Positions 11,096-26,900 of a stretch of 64,000 bases of DNA are shown piece by piece; the first letter of the stretch is position 1; every line of letters begins with the position of its first letter. Position numbers and translations under genes: made by a program. This DNA is from Eledone cirrhosa (taxonomy: Eukaryota): NCBI GenBank assembly GCA_964016885.1, contig OZ024742.1, forward strand, positions 226,238,001 through 226,302,000, in the 5' to 3' direction. Under the pieces are notes generated by a model. It searched no databases. It worked only from the letters and a program-made list of their open reading frames with translations, and had not been told where the DNA came from.

Positions 11096-12799
11096 GAAGA
11101 CTCTTCAGCTGTGCCAAGAGCACAACAATCCCTCTAGTAGTGTTGATGATATGATAAAACATATCCAATGAATTCTATAGAGTGATTAGTGATAGGAAGG
11201 GCATCCGGCTGTAGAAAACTTGCCAAATAAAAGGTCGAGACGACTCTTCAGCTGTGTCAAAAACATGACACCCTCCCTAGTTCTGGTGCTATGATAAAAT
11301 ACACCTGGTGTATTTTGTAGAGTATGAGGATATATGTAAGTGGGATGTGACCCCCTTGTCCTTCTGAGATGTCAGTAGCTCTGATTAAGTACTGACTTCA
11401 ACTATGATAACCCATTCAACACTTGCTAGCAGGGGAAATGGATGTTAAGTGATGATGATGAACGTATTTTTAGCTATACTTAAATCTGGCATCAAAACAG
11501 TCACATGACACTACTTTTTCCATCCATTTCTTACAATTATGTTCTTTCCCTAAACATCATTAACAACACATAAAACCAATGACCCAGATTATGTATGTTA
11601 AAACAAAAACCTGTTCACAATATATCTGTTTAATCTGCTTTAGTTCTTCACATTATCTTCTATTTTTCTTGTCCAACAAGTTTCCTTATACAGTAGTGAT
11701 AGGACAAATATATTAATACATCTAGTTTTGATATTTTCTTTTCTTGGTTTCAGTCATTAGACAGTGGCCATGTTAAGATACCACTGTATAGGGAGTTAGT
11801 CAACCATAACGAACCCAGCATTTATTTTTTTTTAATATGGTAGATATTTTATCAATCACGTTTTGTCAAACTGTTAAGTTACAAGCCATAAACACAGACA
11901 CAAACGAAAACACAGACACACATACAAGAACATACACTAACACATACATACAGATATTCACACGTGCAGAAACATACACTAACACAAACACACACACACA
12001 GAATCATACACATACACAGATATAAAGACAAACACATACACACAGCACATACAGCCTGTCTAACAGTTCTATTCTATCTATAACATCCTGACACATTAAT
12101 GACCTAATTCTGTTAATCTGGTAGTTATCAAGGTTTACAGCATGGGAATACCAATTACAACTATTCCAGCAATCTATTATACTGTTATTCTGTTATTCAT
12201 AACGGAATAATGTTCCAAAGGAAATATAGAATCAATTGTAAAGAGCAAATATTTAGTAGGAATTAGACATTATTGATTTAGTTGATTCTGCAGTTCCGTA
12301 ATTCTGTAATTCTGTAGTTCTCTCACTACTTTTCTACATCATTTATAACAATTGCTAGTCTGGCCATTGTAACTATGAATACATTTCACACTTGTTGCAT
12401 TCATAAATAACATATTAGATATTCATCATCATCTTCATTTAATGTGTGTTCTCCCTGCTAGCAAGGGTTGGACAGGTCAGTTTAGACTAAGTCAATACTA
12501 ATCTCTCAGATGTGCTTGGGGGCTGCATTTCGTTTAGATACATTTCCACACACTACAGGGTGTACCAGATTCATTCTATCATGGCACCTATACTAGGGAG
12601 ATTGTCATGTCTTTAACACAACTGGAGAGTCTTTTCAACTCTTTGTTTGGTAAGTATTCTAAGTCCCCTTTTTGTATTGGGTGTGTTTTAGCAACCACTT
12701 TTTGTACTGAGTGTGTTTTATTGTGTAACCAACACTAGAGAGGTAGTTAGGCCCTTGACCCAACTGAAGAGTCCTCTTGACACTTGCTTTATATAGATA

Positions 12800-13965
12800 T
12801 ACACAGCTCAGAGAGTGGCTGAAGAAAGTAAATTTGCCAATGTCTTGAGACATGAGAACCATAGACGTGAAGTGTTTCACATTGCAAAACAGCATGTTAG
12901 TGTAAATTGAGATGTTGTTGGGGAAAAATGTGCTGGTACATTTAACACCACTGATACCCAAAAGAAAGAGGCCTGGAACTGTTACTATGAGAGATTGATG
13001 AATATAAAGAATGAATGGGAGGAAGAGAAACTACCCCCAACTTACCCAACAGAAGGACCAGCTATTGAAGTTGACTGTTATAGGGTCAAAGAAACGATAA
13101 AAGAGATGAAGTATGATAAAGCTGCAGGACCATCAGAGATAGTTGCTGAGATGCTAAAAGCATCAGAAGTAGGAGTCAAACTAGTAACCCACATAGTCAA
13201 TCAGGTAATACATGATGGAGTCATACCCAATGACTGGTGCAGCAGTACAATCATAAATTGCCTCAAGGGCAAAGGTGATGCTCTAGAAAATAGCAACTAC
13301 AGATGAATAAAACTAATGGATCAAGTTAGGAAAGTGATAGAAAGAGTTATAGTGTAGCTAATTAAGAAAAGAGTCAAATTAGGCGAGATGTAATTTGGTT
13401 TCATGCCTGGCAAAAGTATTACAGATGCTCTCTTCTTAGTGGGGAAACTACAAGAGAAATTCCTAGCCAAGAATAAGTGACTATATTTAGCTTTTATTGA
13501 TTTACAAAAGGCCTTTGATTTAGAAAAGGCCTTGATTTAGAAAAGGCCTGTTGACAACAAAAGGTTTCTTCCTATGTAGAAAAGGATGACAGTATGATGC
13601 CTGAGTGCAAAGTACAATGCTGCATGATAGTGAAACATGCGCAATAACTACACAAGACATGCGTAGGCTGGAGAGAAATGAAGCAGCTATGTTTTGTTAG
13701 ATGTGCAATGTATATATGAGAGAAAGGCGGAGCTTGGAGGAAATGAGGGAGAAACTGGGTTTAAGAGGAATCAGAAGTAGTGTGCAAGAGAGAAGACTGT
13801 GTTGGTATGGACATATGATGCACATGGATGATGAACAATGGATGAAGAGGTGCCAGGAAATGCCAGTGGAAGGAAGTCATAGAAGAAGTAAACCAAGAAA
13901 GATCTGGGCAGAGGTGGTAAGAGCTGACCTCGAATTGCTGAGACTCACAGAGGAGATAAGTAAGA
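12800..13965 (+). mobile_element. Decayed RTE copy with internal deletion of the RT core
   Basis: ORF 12995-13306 (KAAGPSEIVAEMLK..W..S.I...KGKGD..NYR) and ORF 13701-14045 (ERRLCWYGHM..KPRKIW). The sequence jumps from DLEKA directly to KGF..YDA. Confidence 0.9.
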
Positions 13966-14060
13966 GTGTACTGGGTGTATTTTGTCATGATTCCAGCATT
14001 GAGGCAGGGGTTGCCTTGTCCAAGGCAGCCATATTCAGGAGTTAGAACAGGAAGAGTAGG

Positions 14061-14298
14061 TTAACCATTTTGATACCAGCCTGGCCAAAACCAACTCTGA
14101 TTCTACAAAATCAAACCACCCATCTTTAAAGGTTTCTATTTAAATGAAAATCTTCCAACATAATTTATAAAAGAACCATATGTTAAGTTACTATCTTAGT
14201 AGTGAAATAATTAATTTTTTAAGTAATTCTTCAAACATCTTTATTAATTAATTGAAATAGAGTGTATTTTATTAGAAATGTCGTAATGAAAGAGTTCA
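14061..14298. mobile_element. piggyBac-type MITE, degenerate (related copies 42943-43170 and ~48975-49360)
   Basis: Starts ttaaccattttgatacc and ends ttagaaatgtcgtaatgaaagagttcaa, resembling the TIRs at 42943/43170. Confidence 0.5.
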
Positions 14299-14479
14299 AA
14301 ATATTATTACTTATATTAAAAATATGTTGTTTTTCTAATTATTGTTAATATTATCACTGTAATTCTCACTGTTGTTGCTGTTGTTGTTGTTGTTGTTGTT
14401 GTGCTATTGTTATTAATCTTTTCAATCATAAATTCATTACTGAAATACCTTCTCAAACTGATTAAAAGTTTAAAATATT

Positions 14480-16169
14480 ACCACCACCACCACCACCACC
14501 ACTGCCACTGCTGTTGCTACTACTACTTTTACCACCATTATCACCACTACTACTACTGCTACAACTACTAACACTACTACTATTGGTACCTCTGTTAATA
14601 CTACTATTATTACCACCACCACCACTATGATTATCACCCTACCACTACTACTACAATCACCACAACCACCACCACTACTATACCACTACCACAAATCTCC
14701 ATTCATAACACTGTCTCATTATACTCACCAATACCATGAATTTTAGTATTACTGCTTGCACCACACCACCACCACCACCATTATAGCTATCACCATCATC
14801 ACCACCAGCACTATTACCACATCAACACTACCACCACAACCAGCACAATAATCCTCTGTGATCAACTTACTAGAAATAGCAGTCACATTCCCCTTAAATC
14901 ACACCTTACCAACATAAAAAAAAAACGTTTTAAGACTACATAAGATAATATAGATATAGATTCAGGATGTCTAACTAAAGACAACAGGTGAGATGGTCAT
15001 GGAGGAAATGTCTTTGGTCATAGGAATGCTCAATCAGGGTTGGCCTAGGGCTAAACAACACCTCTGCCAGCCATGGGTTAAACACCACTCCCACTGCCAA
15101 AACCATCATTACCAATACCACCAACAACACGACCACCAGCACTATCAACAACACCACCAACACCACCAACACCACCACCATCAACAACACCACCACCACC
15201 AACAACAACACCACCACCACCACCACCACCATCTACAACACCACCACCACCAACCAATACCACCAACACGAACACCACCACCAAAACCACCACAAACACC
15301 ATCACCAACACCACTAACACTATCACCGCCACCACCAACATGAGCACTCCACCACAACCACCACCAACCAATACTAACAACACCACCACACCAACATGAC
15401 AACACTACCACCAACAACAGCACCACCACCATCAACAACACCACCACCACCAGCAACACCACCACCATCAACAACACCACCACCACCAACCAATACCACC
15501 AACACGAACACCACCACCAAAACCACCACGAACACCAATACCATCACCACTAACACTATCACCGCCACCACCAACATGAGCATTCCACCACAACAACACC
15601 ACCACCACCAACAACAACAACACCACCAACACCACCACCAACAACAACACCACCACAACCACCACCACCACCAACAACAACACCAAAACCACCGCCACCA
15701 ACAACAACAGCACCACCACCAACAACAACACCACCACCAACAACAGCAACAACAACACCACGACCAACAACAACAGCACCACCACCACCACCACCACCAC
15801 AACACCAACAACAACACCACTAACACCACCACCACCACCACCAACAACAACAACAGCACCACCACCACCACCACCACAACAACAACAACAACACCAACAA
15901 CAACACCACCAACAACACCACCACCAACAACAGCACCACCACCACCAACAACAACAACAACAACACCAACACCACCACCACCACCAACAACAACAACACC
16001 AACACCACCACCAACAACAACAACACCACCACCACCACCAACACCAACAACAACAACAACAACAACAACAACACCACCACCACCAACACCAACAACACCA
16101 ACTATCACATTCATGCTGCTGCTGCTGCTGCTATCATTGCTGCAGCTGTTCTTGCAGCTGCTACTCCTG

Positions 16170-16221
<52 letters not shown>

Positions 16222-16668
16222 CGCTGCTGCTACTATTACTGCTTCTACAACTACTAATGCTACAACTACTACCATAACAACTACTGAACTACTACTACTA
16301 CGACCACCACAACTACTGCCACCACCACGACCACTACCACCACAACTACAACCACTACTGGTGAACTACCACCACCAACATCATAACCACTACTACTACT
16401 AAACTACTACTAATACTACTACCACCACTGCCATCATCACCACCACCACCACCACCACCACAACCATTACCACCACAACTACTACTGCTAAAACTACCAC
16501 CACCAACATCATAGCCACTACTACTAATACTACTACCACCACCACCACCACCTCCACCACAACCACTACCACCACAACTACTGCCACCACCACAACCACA
16601 ACCATAACCACTACAACTACTACTGTTAAAACTACCACCACCAACATCATAGCCACTACTACTACTAA

Positions 16669-16703
<35 letters not shown>

Positions 16704-17328
16704 CACCACAACCACCACAACCACTATCACCACCACCACCACAACCACTACCATCGTCACCGCCACAACCACAACCACTACCACTACAACTGCTACTGCT
16801 AAAACTACCACCACCAACATCATAGCCACTACAACTACTAAACTACTACTAATACTACTACCAAAACCACCACAACCACTATCACCACCACTACCACCAC
16901 CACAACAACCACTACCATCGTCACCACCGCTACCACAACCACTACAACCACAACTACTACTGCTAAAACTACCACCACCAACATCATAACAACTACTACA
17001 ACTAAACTACTACTAATACTACTACCACCGTCACCACCACCACCACCACCACCACCACAACCACTACCACCACAACTACTACTGCTAAAACTACCACCAC
17101 CAACATTATAGCCACTACTACTACTATCACTCACCTTCATAATTGTCATTGATTTCTTCTTCAACCACAAAACATCAGATTTGTGGTGGGGGGGGGGGGT
17201 GAAGGGGTTAATGAGTGGAGGGGGAATGAGATTGTGTGATGTTCATGCCTTTCCCATCAACATCAATCCATTGTCTGACAAGCTATTACACAAACACTAA
17301 ACAACAGAGAGGTTCCATAAGCTAACAT

Positions 17329-17370
<42 letters not shown>

Positions 17371-17614
17371 CACCACCATTACTACTACTACTGCTGCCAC
17401 CACCATCATCACTACTACAACAACCACTCCCAGCACCACCACCGATACCACCACCAACACCACTACTACTACTACAACAACTACTACTACTACTACTACT
17501 ACTACTACTGCTGCTGCTCTGCTGCTGCGACTGCTGTTGCTGGTGCTGGTGCTGTTGCTGGTACTACTGCTGAAGCTGGTACTACTACTACTACTACTAC
17601 TACTACTACCACTA

Positions 17615-17660
<46 letters not shown>

Positions 17661-17694
17661 CACCACCACCACCACCACCACCACCACCACCACC

Positions 17695-17783
<89 letters not shown>

Positions 17784-17800
17784 CACTACTACTACTACCA
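14480..17800. repeat. Compound (ACC/ACT/AAC/GCT)n trinucleotide microsatellite field with embedded duplications
   Basis: Pure (ACT)n and (ACC)n runs, a ~100-bp duplicate at ~15255-15360 and ~15490-15592, and a recurring actgctaaaactaccaccaccaacatcatagcc motif at 16360-17120. Confidence 0.95.
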
Positions 17801-17919
17801 CCTTAAACATCTTCACTATCACCACAGCCACCACCAACACTACACAGGATTCTATTATATAGTCTATACTGATATGTTACTGTTGGTATTGTATTGTAGA
17901 CTAATACAACCACCATCAC

Positions 17920-20900
17920 TGCAGCCATAACTACAACCAACACCACCATTACTACAACCGACACCACCATTACTACAACCAACACCACCATCACTACCAC
18001 CAACACCACCATTACTACAACCAACACCACCATTACTACAACCGACACCACCATCACTACAACCGACACCACCATAACTACAACCAACACCACCATCACT
18101 ACCACCAACACCACCATTACTACAACCAACACCACCATTACTACAACCAACACCACCATCACTACCACCAACACCACCATTACTACAACCAACACCACCA
18201 TTACTACAACCGACACCACCATCACTACAACCGACACCACCATAACTACAACCAACACCACCATCACTACCACCAACACCACCATTACTACAACCAACAC
18301 CACCATAACTACAACCAATACCACCATTACTACAACCAACACCACCATAACTACAACCAACACCACCATCACTACCACCAACACCACCATTACTACAACC
18401 AACACCACCATCACTACAACCAACACCACCATAACTACAACCAACACCACCATCACTACAACCAACACCACCATTACTACCACCAACACCACCATCACTA
18501 CCACCAACACCACCATTACTACCACCAACACCACCATTACTACCACCAACACCACCATTACTATAACCAACACCACCATTACTACAACCAACACCACCAT
18601 CACTACAACCAACACCACCATTACTACCACCAACACCACCATCACTACCACCAACAACACCATTACTACAACCAACACCACCATCACTACAACCAACACC
18701 ACCATTACTACAACCAACACCACTATCACTACCACCAACACCACCATTACTACAACCAACACCACCATCACTACCACCAACACCACCATAACTAGAACCA
18801 ACACCACCATTACTACCACCAACACCACCATTACTACCACCAACACCATCATTACTACCACCAACACCACCATTACTACCACCAACACCACCATCACTAC
18901 CACCAACACCACCATTACTACAACCAACACCACCATCACTACCACCAACACCACCATAACTACAACCAACACCACCATTACTACCACCAACACCACCTTT
19001 ACTACCACCAACACCACCATTACTACCACCAACACCACCATCACTACCACCAACACCACCATTACTACCACCAACACCACCATCACTACCACCAACACCA
19101 CCATAACTACAACCAACACCACCATTACTACAACCAACACCACCAACACAACCATTACTACCACCAATACCACCATCACTACAACCAACACCACCATTAC
19201 TACCACCAACACCACCATTACTACAACCAACACCACCATTACTACAACCAACACCACCATTACTACCACCAACACCACCATTACTACAACCAACACCACC
19301 ATTATTACGACCAACACCACCAACACCACCATTACTACAACCAACACCACCATTACTACCACCAATACCACCATCACTACAACCAACACCACCATTACTA
19401 CCACCAACACCGCCATTACTACCACCAACACCACCATAACTACCACCATTACTACCACCAACACCACCATCACTACCACCAACACCACCATCACTACCAC
19501 CAACACCACCATTACTACAACCAACACCAACATTACTACCACCAACACCACCATTACTACCACCAACACCACCATTACTACAACCAACACCACCAACACC
19601 ACCATTACTACAACCAACACCACCATCACTACAACCAACACCACCAACACCACCTTTACTACGACCAACACCACCATTACTACAACCAACACCACCAACA
19701 CCACCATTACTACAACCAACACCACCATTACTACCACCAACACCAACATCACTACCACCAACACCACCATTACTACAACCAACACCAACATTACTACCAC
19801 CAACACCACCATTACTACAACCAACACCACCATCACTACAACCAACACCACCAACACCACCTTTACTACCACCAACACCACCATTACTACAACCAACACC
19901 ACCAACACCACCTTTACTACCACCAACACCACCATTACTACAACCAACACCACCATTACTACAACCAACACCACCTTTACTACCACCAACACCACCATTA
20001 CTACAACCAACACCACCATTACTACAACCAACACCACCATTACTACAACCAACACCACCTTTACTACCACCAACACCACCATAACTACCACCAACACCAC
20101 CATCACTACCACCAACACCACCATTACTACAACCAACACCACCATTACTACAACCAACACCAGCATCACTACAACCAACACCACCATCACTACAACCAAC
20201 ACCACCATTACTACAACCAACACCACCATTACTACAACCAACACCACCATCACTACAACCAACACCACCATCACTACAACCAACACCACCATTACTACCA
20301 CCAACACCACCATTACTACAACCAACACCACCATTACTACAACCAACACCACCATTACTACAACCAATACCACCATCACTACAACCAACACCACCATTAC
20401 TACCACCAACACCACCATCACTACCACCAACACCACCATTACTACAACCAACACCACCATTACTACAACCAACACCACCATCACTACCACCATCACTACA
20501 ACCAATACCACCATTACTACCACCAACACCACCATTACTACCACCAACACCACCATCACTACAACCAACACCACCATTACTACAACCAACACCACCATTA
20601 CTACCACCAACACCACCATCACTACCACCAACACCACCATTACTACAACCAACACCACCATTACTACAACCAACACCACCATTACTACAACCAACACCAC
20701 CATCACTACAACCAACACCACCATTACTACAACCAACACCACCATTACTACAACCAACACCACCATTACTACCACCAACACCACCATTACTACAACCAAC
20801 ACCACCATTACTACAACCAACACCACCATTACTACAACCAACACCACCATCACTACAACCAACACCACCATTACTACAACCAACACCACCATCACTACAA

Positions 20901-23900
20901 CCAACACCACCATTACTACAACCAACACCACCATTACTACAACCAACACCACCATTACTACAACCAACACCACCATCACTACAACCAACACCACCATCAC
21001 TACCACCAACACCACCATTACTACCACCATACCACCATTACTACAACCAACACCACCATTACTACAACCAACACCACCATCACTACAACCAACACCACCA
21101 TTACTACCACCATACCACCATTACTACAACCAACACCACCATTACTACCACCAACACCACCATTACTACAACCAACACCACCATTACTACAACCAACACC
21201 ACCATCACTACCACCAACACCACCATTACTACAACCAACACCACCATTACTACAACCAACACCACCATTACTACAACCAACACCACCATTACTACAACCA
21301 ACACCACCATTACTACAACCAACACCACCATCACTACCACCAACACCTCCATTACTACCACCAACACTACCATTACTACAACCAACACCACCATCACTAC
21401 CACCAACACCACCATCACTACCACCAACACCACCATTACTACAACCAACACCACCATCACTACCACCAACACCACTATCACTACCACCAACACCACCATT
21501 ACTACCACCAACACCACCATCACTACCACCAACACCACCATCACTACCACCAACACCACCATTACTACAACCAACACCACCATTACTACAACCAACACCA
21601 CCATTACTACAACCAACACCACCATTACTATAACCAACACCACCATTACTACAACCAACACCACCATTACTACCACCAACACCACCATTACTACAACCAA
21701 CACCACCATCACTACCACCAACACCACCATTACTACAACCAACACCACCTTTACTACAACCAACACCACCATTACTACCACCAACACCACCATCACTACA
21801 ACCAACACAACCATAACTACCACCAACAACACCATCACTACCACCAACACCACCATCACTACAACCAATACCACCATTACTACAACCAACACCACCATTA
21901 CTATAACCAACACCACCATTACTACAACCAACACCACCATTACTACCACCAACACCACCATTACTACAACCAACACCACCATCACTACCACCAACACCAC
22001 CATTACTACAACCAACACCACCATTACTACAACCAACACCACCTTTACTACCACCAACACCACCATTACTATAACCAACACCACCATTACTACAACCAAC
22101 ACCACCATCACTACAACCAACACCACCATTACTATAACCAACACCACCATTACTACCACCAACACCACCATTACTACAACCAACACCACCATTACTACAA
22201 CCAATACCACCATTACTACCACCAACACCACCATTACTACAACCAACACCACCATTACTACCACCAACACCACCATTACTACAACCAACACCACCATCAC
22301 TACCACCAACACCACCATTACTACAACCAACACCACCATTACTACAACCAACACCACCTTTACTACCACCAACACCACCATTACTATAACCAACACCACC
22401 ATTACTACAACCAACACCACCATCACTACAACCAACACCACCATTACTATAACCAACACCACCATTACTACCACCGACACCACCATTACTACAACCAACA
22501 CCACCATTACTACAACCAACACCACCATCACTACCACCAACACCACCATTACTACAACCATCACCACCATTACTACCACCAATACCACCATTACTACCAC
22601 CAACACCACCATTACTATAACCAACACCACCATTACTACAACCAACACCACCATCACTACCACCAACACCACCATTACTACAACCAACACCACCATCACT
22701 ACAACCAACACCACCATTACTACAACCAACACCACCATTACTACAACCAACTCCACCATTACTACCACCAACACCACCATCACTACCACCAACACCACCA
22801 TTACTACAACCAACACCACCATTACTACAACCAACACCACCATCACTACCACCAACACCACCATTACTACCACCATACCACCATTACTACGACCAACACC
22901 ACCATTACTATAACCAGCACCACCATTACTACCACCAACACCACCATCACTACCACCAACACCACCATTACTACAACCAACACCACCATTACTACAACCA
23001 ACACCACCATCACTACCACCAACACCACCATTACTACCACCATACCACCATTACTACAACCAACACCACCATCACTACCACCAACACCACCATTACTACC
23101 ACCATACCACCATTACTACAACCAACACCACCTTTACTACCACCAACAGCACCATTACTACAACCAACACCACCATCACTACAACCAACACCACCATTAC
23201 TACCACCAACACCACCATTACTACTACCAACACCACCATTACTACAACCAACACCACCATTACTACAACCAACACCACCATTACTACCACCAACACCACC
23301 ATTACTACCACCAACACCACCATTACTACCACCAACACCACCATTACTACCACCAACACCACCATTACTACCACCAACACCACCATTACTACCACCAACA
23401 CCACCATTACTACAACCAACACCACCATTACTACCACCAACACCACCATTACTACCACCAACACCACCATTACTACCACCAACACCACCATCACTACCAC
23501 CAACACCACCATTACTACCACCAACACCACCATCACTACCACCAACACCACCATTACTACCACCAACACCACCATTACTACCACCAACACCACCATTACT
23601 ACCACCAACACCACCATTACTACAACCCACACCACCATCACTACAACCAACACCACCATTACTACAACCAACACCACCATTACTACCACCAACACCACCA
23701 TCACTACAAACAACACCACCATTACTACAACCAATACCACCATTACTACCACCAACACCACCATCACTACCACCAACACCACCATCACTACCACCAACAC
23801 CACCATTACTACAACCAACACCACCATTACTACAACCAACACCACCATCACTACCACCAACACCACCATTACTACAACCAACACCACCATCACTACCACC

Positions 23901-26900
23901 AACACCACCATTACTACAATCAACACCACCATCACTACCACCAACACCACCATCACTACCACAAACACCACCATCACTACCACCAACACCACCATTACTA
24001 CAACCAACACCACCATTACTACAACCAACACCACCATCACTACCACCAACACCACCATTACTACCACCAACACCACCATCACTACCACCAACACCACCAT
24101 CACTACCACCAACACCACCATTACTACAACCAACACCATCATTACTACAACCAACACCACCATTACTACAACCAACACCACCATTACTACAACCAACACC
24201 ACCATTACTACAACCAACACCACCATCACTACCACCAACACCACCATTACTACCACCAACACCACCATTACTACAACCAACACCACCATCACTACCACCA
24301 ACACCACCATCACTACCACCAACACCACCATTACTACAACCAACACCACCATCACCACCACCAACACCACTATCACTACCACCAACACCACCATTACTAC
24401 CACCAACACCACCATCACTACCACCAACACCACCATCACTACCACCAACACCACCATTACTACAACCAACACCACCATTACTATAACCAACACCACCATT
24501 ACTACAACCAACACCACCATTACTATAACCAACACCACCATTACTACAACCAACACCACCATTACTACCACCAACACCACCATTACTACAACCAACACCA
24601 CCATCACTACCACCAACACCACCATTACTACAACCAACACCACCTTTACTACAACCAACACCACCATTACTACCACCAACACCACCATCACTACAACCAA
24701 CACAACCATTACTACCACCAACAACACCATCACTACCACCAACACCACCATCACTACAACCAACACCACCATCACTAACACCAACACCACCATCACTACC
24801 ACCAACACCACCATCACTACCACCAACACCACCATTACTACAACCAACACCACCATTACTACCACCATACCACCATTACTACAACCAACACCACCATTAC
24901 TACCACCAACACAACCATCACTACAACCAACACCACCATAACTACAACCAATACCACCATAACTACAACCAACACCACCATCACTACCACCAACACCACC
25001 ATAACTACAACCAACACCACCATCACTACAACCAACACCACCATTACTACCACCAATACCATCATTACTACCACCAACACCACCATTACTACAACCAATA
25101 CCACCATTACTACCACCAACACCACCATTACTACAACCAATACCACCATCACTACAACCAATACCACCATCACTACAACCTACACCACCATTACTACAAC
25201 CAATGCCACCATTACTACCACCAACACCACCATTACTACAACCAATACCACCATCACTACAACCAACACCACCATCACTACAACCAACACCACCATTACT
25301 ACAACCAACACCACCATTACTACCACCAACACCACCATTACTACAACCAATACCACCATTACTACCACCAACACCACCATTACTACCACCAACACCACCA
25401 TTACTACAACCAATACCACCATCACTACAACCAACACCACCATCACTACAACCAACACCACCATTACTACAACCAACACCACCATTACTACCACCAACAC
25501 CACCATTACTACAACCAATACCACCATCACTACAACCAACACCACCATTACTACAACCAACACCACCATTACTAGAAGCAACACCACCATTACTACAACC
25601 AACACCACCATTACTACAACCAACACCACCATCACTACCACCAACACCACCATCACTACAACCAACACCACCATTACTACAACCAACACCACCATCACTA
25701 CCACCAACACCACCATAACTACAACCAACACCACCATTACTACAACCAACACCACCATAACTACAACCAACACCAACATTACTACAACCAACACCACCAT
25801 TACTACAACCAATACCACCATCACTACAACCAACACCACCATTACTACAACCAACACCACCATTACTACAACGAACACCACCATAACTACAACCAACACC
25901 ACCATTACTACAACCAACACCACCATAACTACAACCAACACCACCATTACTACAACCAACACCACCATTACTACAACCAACACCACCATAACTACAACCA
26001 ACACCACCATAACTACAACCAACACCACCATTACTACAACCAACACCACCATTACTACCACCAACACCACCATAACTACCACCAACACCACCATTACTAC
26101 AACCAACACCACCATAACTACAACCAACACCACCATTACTACAACCAACACCACCATTACTACCACCAACACCACCATCACTACCACCAACACCACCATC
26201 ACTACCACCAATACCACCATTACTACCACCAACACCACCATCACTACCACCAACACCACCATCACTACCACCAACACCACCATCACTACAACCAACACCA
26301 CCATTACTACAACCAACACCACCATTACTACAACGAACACCACCATAACTACAACCAACACCACCATAACTACAACCAACACCACCATTACTACAACCAA
26401 CACCACCATCACTACCACCAACACCACCATAACTACAACCAACACCACCATAACTACAACAAATACCACCATCACTACAACCAACACCACCATTACTACA
26501 ACCAACACCACCATCACTACCACCAGCACCACCATAACTACAACCAACACCACCATTACTACAACCAACACCACCATAACTACAACCAACACCACCATTA
26601 CTACAACCAACACCACCATTACTACAACCAACACCACCATCACTACCACCAACACCACCATAACTACAACTAACACCACCATTACTACAACCAACACCAC
26701 CATAACTACAACCAACACCACCATTACTACAACCAACACCACCATTACTACCACCAACACCACCATCACTACCACCAACACCACCATTACTACAACCAAC
26801 ACCACCATTACTACCACCAACACCACCATCACTACCACCAACACCACCATTACTACAACCAACACCACCATAACTACAACCAACACCACCATTACTACAA

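Noticed and set aside
14975-17840. His/Gln/Thr/Pro- or Val-rich ORFs
   Set aside because: Translations of compound trinucleotide microsatellites, open in several frames on both strands.
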